A stretch of 63,195 bases of DNA, the filler included, from Octopus bimaculoides (Eukaryota), in the NCBI RefSeq assembly GCF_001194135.2. It is 5 parts of 5 records of this genome, joined end to end, with 100 filler letters (N's around TTAATTAATTAA, not from the genome) between each part and the next. Parts side by side here need not be neighbours in the genome. Positions count along the whole stretch, not along the records: positions 60,648 to 63,195 come from NC_069000.1; 4 more parts are not named here. One strand, written 5' to 3'. Below, piece by piece: positions 60,790 to 63,195 of the stretch. The position numbers were made by a program, and so were the translations under genes. The notes beneath the pieces were generated by a model that had not been told where the DNA came from, made no database searches, and worked only from the letters and a program-made list of their open reading frames with translations. Positions within the stretch are counted from its first letter, which is position 1. Each line of letters starts with the position of its first letter.

Positions 60790-61951
60790 CATAGACATGA
60801 CAGAAGTAAATTGACACGCCATCTTTTTATGTTTATTTTAACTTGAAAAGGTTTAGATTTTCTTATTAATTGACATTTTTATGTTTCAGGTTTTATATGT
60901 GACTGTTTAATGACGTACAAAAAAGCGCCTTGGAACTGTCCAAATCTCAAGGATGCCGTGTTGTGCATCAGTCTGAAGGTGGACTTAGCCAGTATAAAAT
61001 CGCAGGAAACCTTGGGATCCCGCTTTCTACTGTTAATAGTGTGATTGTGCAATTCACCAGAGAGGGGAAGAAGTCTACATCACCTCACGCAAGTCGACCA
61101 GGTCTTTCTGATAGGATCTTTCACTTTGTTAAAAGAAATATGGAGGATATCCTCGTAGCAAGGCCTCTCACATAGAACAAGTTGATGTCAGTTCCAGATC
61201 AGTTTTCAGCTATTTTCACAAACTTGGTTACTATGGCAGAGCAGCAAGAAAGAAGCCGCTTCTTCGACCAGCAGAGAAAAGATTGGGCCAATGAGATGGC
61301 GGAGAGGCCACTAGCATTTTAGAGCAAAGCTATATTCTCTGATGAGTCCAGATTTGCTGTATTTTCTGTCGTGAAAAGATTGCAGCCAACAACGAAACAC
61401 GGAAGCTATTCTATGATAGCCTAGAGAGCAATTTGGGACAATGATTAATCAGAGCTGGGGAAGTGTGAGGGAAGCATAAACTCAGATAAATATGTGTCCC
61501 TATTGCAGAAAGGACTCCTTCCAATCTTCTCCTGTGGTGAAACGATTAAAGAAGATTCTTTATTTATGGTAGATGGGGGCTCTTTGTCACACGGTGAAAA
61601 ATATCCAAGATTGGCTGGAAGCAAGTGGCAAGCCAGTTACCAGATATGAACCCTATTGAACACATCTGGGGCATAATGGACAGGACACTTCGTAAAAAGA
61701 ACAAGAAAGCATCTTCAAAGCCAGATCTTTTGAGATTACTACATGAAACTTGGCAAGAAATTCCTCAAGAGAATATTCGGCATCCGATCAGTAGCATGCC
61801 TAATAGGGTCCTACTAGCATGCTTAATAGGGCATGTCCCCTAAATATTAGATATTCATATAATAGTTGATAAATAATTTGAATGTATAATTTCAGATTTA
61901 AATAAATTTTGACAATTATAAGGGTGTCTATTTACTTCCGTCATGTGTGTG
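60790..61951 (+). mobile_element. Decayed, internally deleted Tc1-like (DD34E) element
   Basis: TIRs ACATGACAGAAGTAAATTGACAC / GTGTCTATTTACTTCCGTCATGT; motifs KLGYYGRAARKKPLL, FSDESRF, PDMNPIEHIW. Confidence 0.85.
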
Positions 61952-61954
61952 TGT

Positions 61955-62020
<66 letters not shown>

Positions 62021-62299
62021 ATATATATATATATATATATAATTTTTGATAATATATATTACATTGGAGATGACAAGATTTGATGCTTGAGATATTAGAT
62101 CTGTTTTTAAGTAAATCTTATTTGCTGATTCTAAATATGTCATCAGCTTTTTCTCCATCAGCTCTGGTTCTGGAGACATGCTATACCCCTAATTCCTATG
62201 TATATAAAAGCAAAAGGTTTAATGGCTACAAATCATTACTGTTGCCTTTGGAAAAAAAAGACAAAAATCATGGATTTACACGATGTTGTTTATGATTAA

Positions 62300-62740
62300 A
62301 TTACATTCATAGAATCAGATAATAGTGAAAAAAAGGGTAAAACGTTATCATTGATATAATGTTCATTTACTCAGACGTCTCACAAAATCGGCGTTTCAGA
62401 CACATTTTGAGGTGGCCCCAAGGTACTCGGAATCTTTCTTTCATAGTCCTTAAATCTTGGTGAAACTGTTATCTGCTTTATGGCTCCCAAGAATTTTTTT
62501 ATAACCTCAGCATTGTTCTTTGAATCTTGAAAAATGTGGGTCTTTTATGAGTTCCTTGATTTTTGACCCCTCTTAAATACAAGCTTTGATACATGCTCAG
62601 CGCTACATATTTTCTGCATATATAGGCAAAGCAGTCCCCTTCGTCGTTCAAAGCCTACTTTGATGTACAGTGATGCTAGAATGATCTGTCAACCTAGGGT
62701 TCTGAAATTACATTCTTTTCTTTAACGAGCACGTTTTCTC
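62300..62740 (-). mobile_element. Chapaev-like (CMC superfamily) transposase relic
   Basis: EKNVISEP*VD, IILASLYIKVG (cf. ILPPLHIKLG), ELIKDPHF, KKFLG, FHQDLRTMKER (cf. ERFHQDI); superfamily name from memory. Confidence 0.65.
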
Positions 62741-62757
62741 ACAGAAGCCATTGTTTT

Positions 62758-62880
62758 CTGCTGCCTGGGACCACGTTGAAAGCACGGGTTCTCGTCCGAT
62801 CACCAAATTTAACTAACGTCGAGCCTTGTGAGTACTTAGATGGGTGACTGCTGCATGGGAAACCTAGGTGCTGTAAGCGT
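62758..62880 (+). pseudogene. 5S rRNA pseudogene
   Basis: ACCACGTTGAAAGCAC.GGTTCTCGTCCGATCACC...AGTACTT.GATGGGTGAC...GGTGCTGTAAGC matches metazoan 5S; first 12 nt degenerate, substitutions in A/C boxes, small insertion. Confidence 0.9.
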
Positions 62881-62890
62881 CTCACACTTA

Positions 62891-63051
62891 GGCACAGGAG
62901 TGGCTGTGCGGTAAGTAGCTTGCCCACCAACCACATGGTTCCGGAGGCAATCCCACTGCGTGACACCTTGGACAAGTGTTTCTAATATAGCTTCGGGCCG
63001 ACTAAAGCCTTGTGAGTGGGTTTGGTTGACGGAAACTGAAGGAAACCCGTC
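62891..63051 (+). mobile_element. SINE family A head
   Basis: GGCACAGGAGTGGCTGTGCGGTAAG...GGAAACCCGTC. Confidence 0.9.
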
Positions 63052-63162
63052 ATGTAGCTCGAAACGATAAAGACTTTCTCTATTCCCGAGCGTTAAACTA
63101 ATACATCCTTTTGTTGTTTACACCACCTGTCCTCGTCCGTTGTTGTGTTTTCGTAAATTCTC

Positions 63163-63195
<33 letters not shown>

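Overview
AT-rich animal genomic DNA, about 12% N gaps, dense in SINEs, microsatellites and decayed transposons. It is most likely an octopus or other coleoid assembly (inference from the [16 protein letters not shown]-type zinc-finger array and the SINE families). Four 100-bp gaps carry an artificial TTAATTAATTAA spacer, so the window is five joined scaffolds. Two protein-coding genes lie head-to-head in the first 23 kb. The first is lin54 (minus strand, 9 recognisable exons from 17732 to 3377, two CRC domains, some coding sequence lost in gaps). The second is a C2H2 zinc-finger gene (plus strand, 21438-22655, 14 fingers, one possibly an assembly duplicate, with decayed in-frame fingers after the stop). 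The rest is mobile-element debris: mariner, Tc1, Chapaev-like, Helitron, RTE and R4-like LINE fragments, a 5S pseudogene and several SINE families. Best leads: (1) minimal type-I hammerhead ribozyme motifs in at least three unrelated repeat families, including a TSD-flanked 395-bp element with a tRNA-derived head between two inverted hammerheads, and one hammerhead in sense orientation inside a lin54 intron; (2) a canonically spaced CDE/CHR element 15 nt upstream of the proposed lin54 ATG, suggesting MuvB autoregulation; (3) a foldback MITE, a nuclear-receptor half-site cluster and an 88-bp perfect palindrome. All structures were read by eye. No activity or copy number has been tested.
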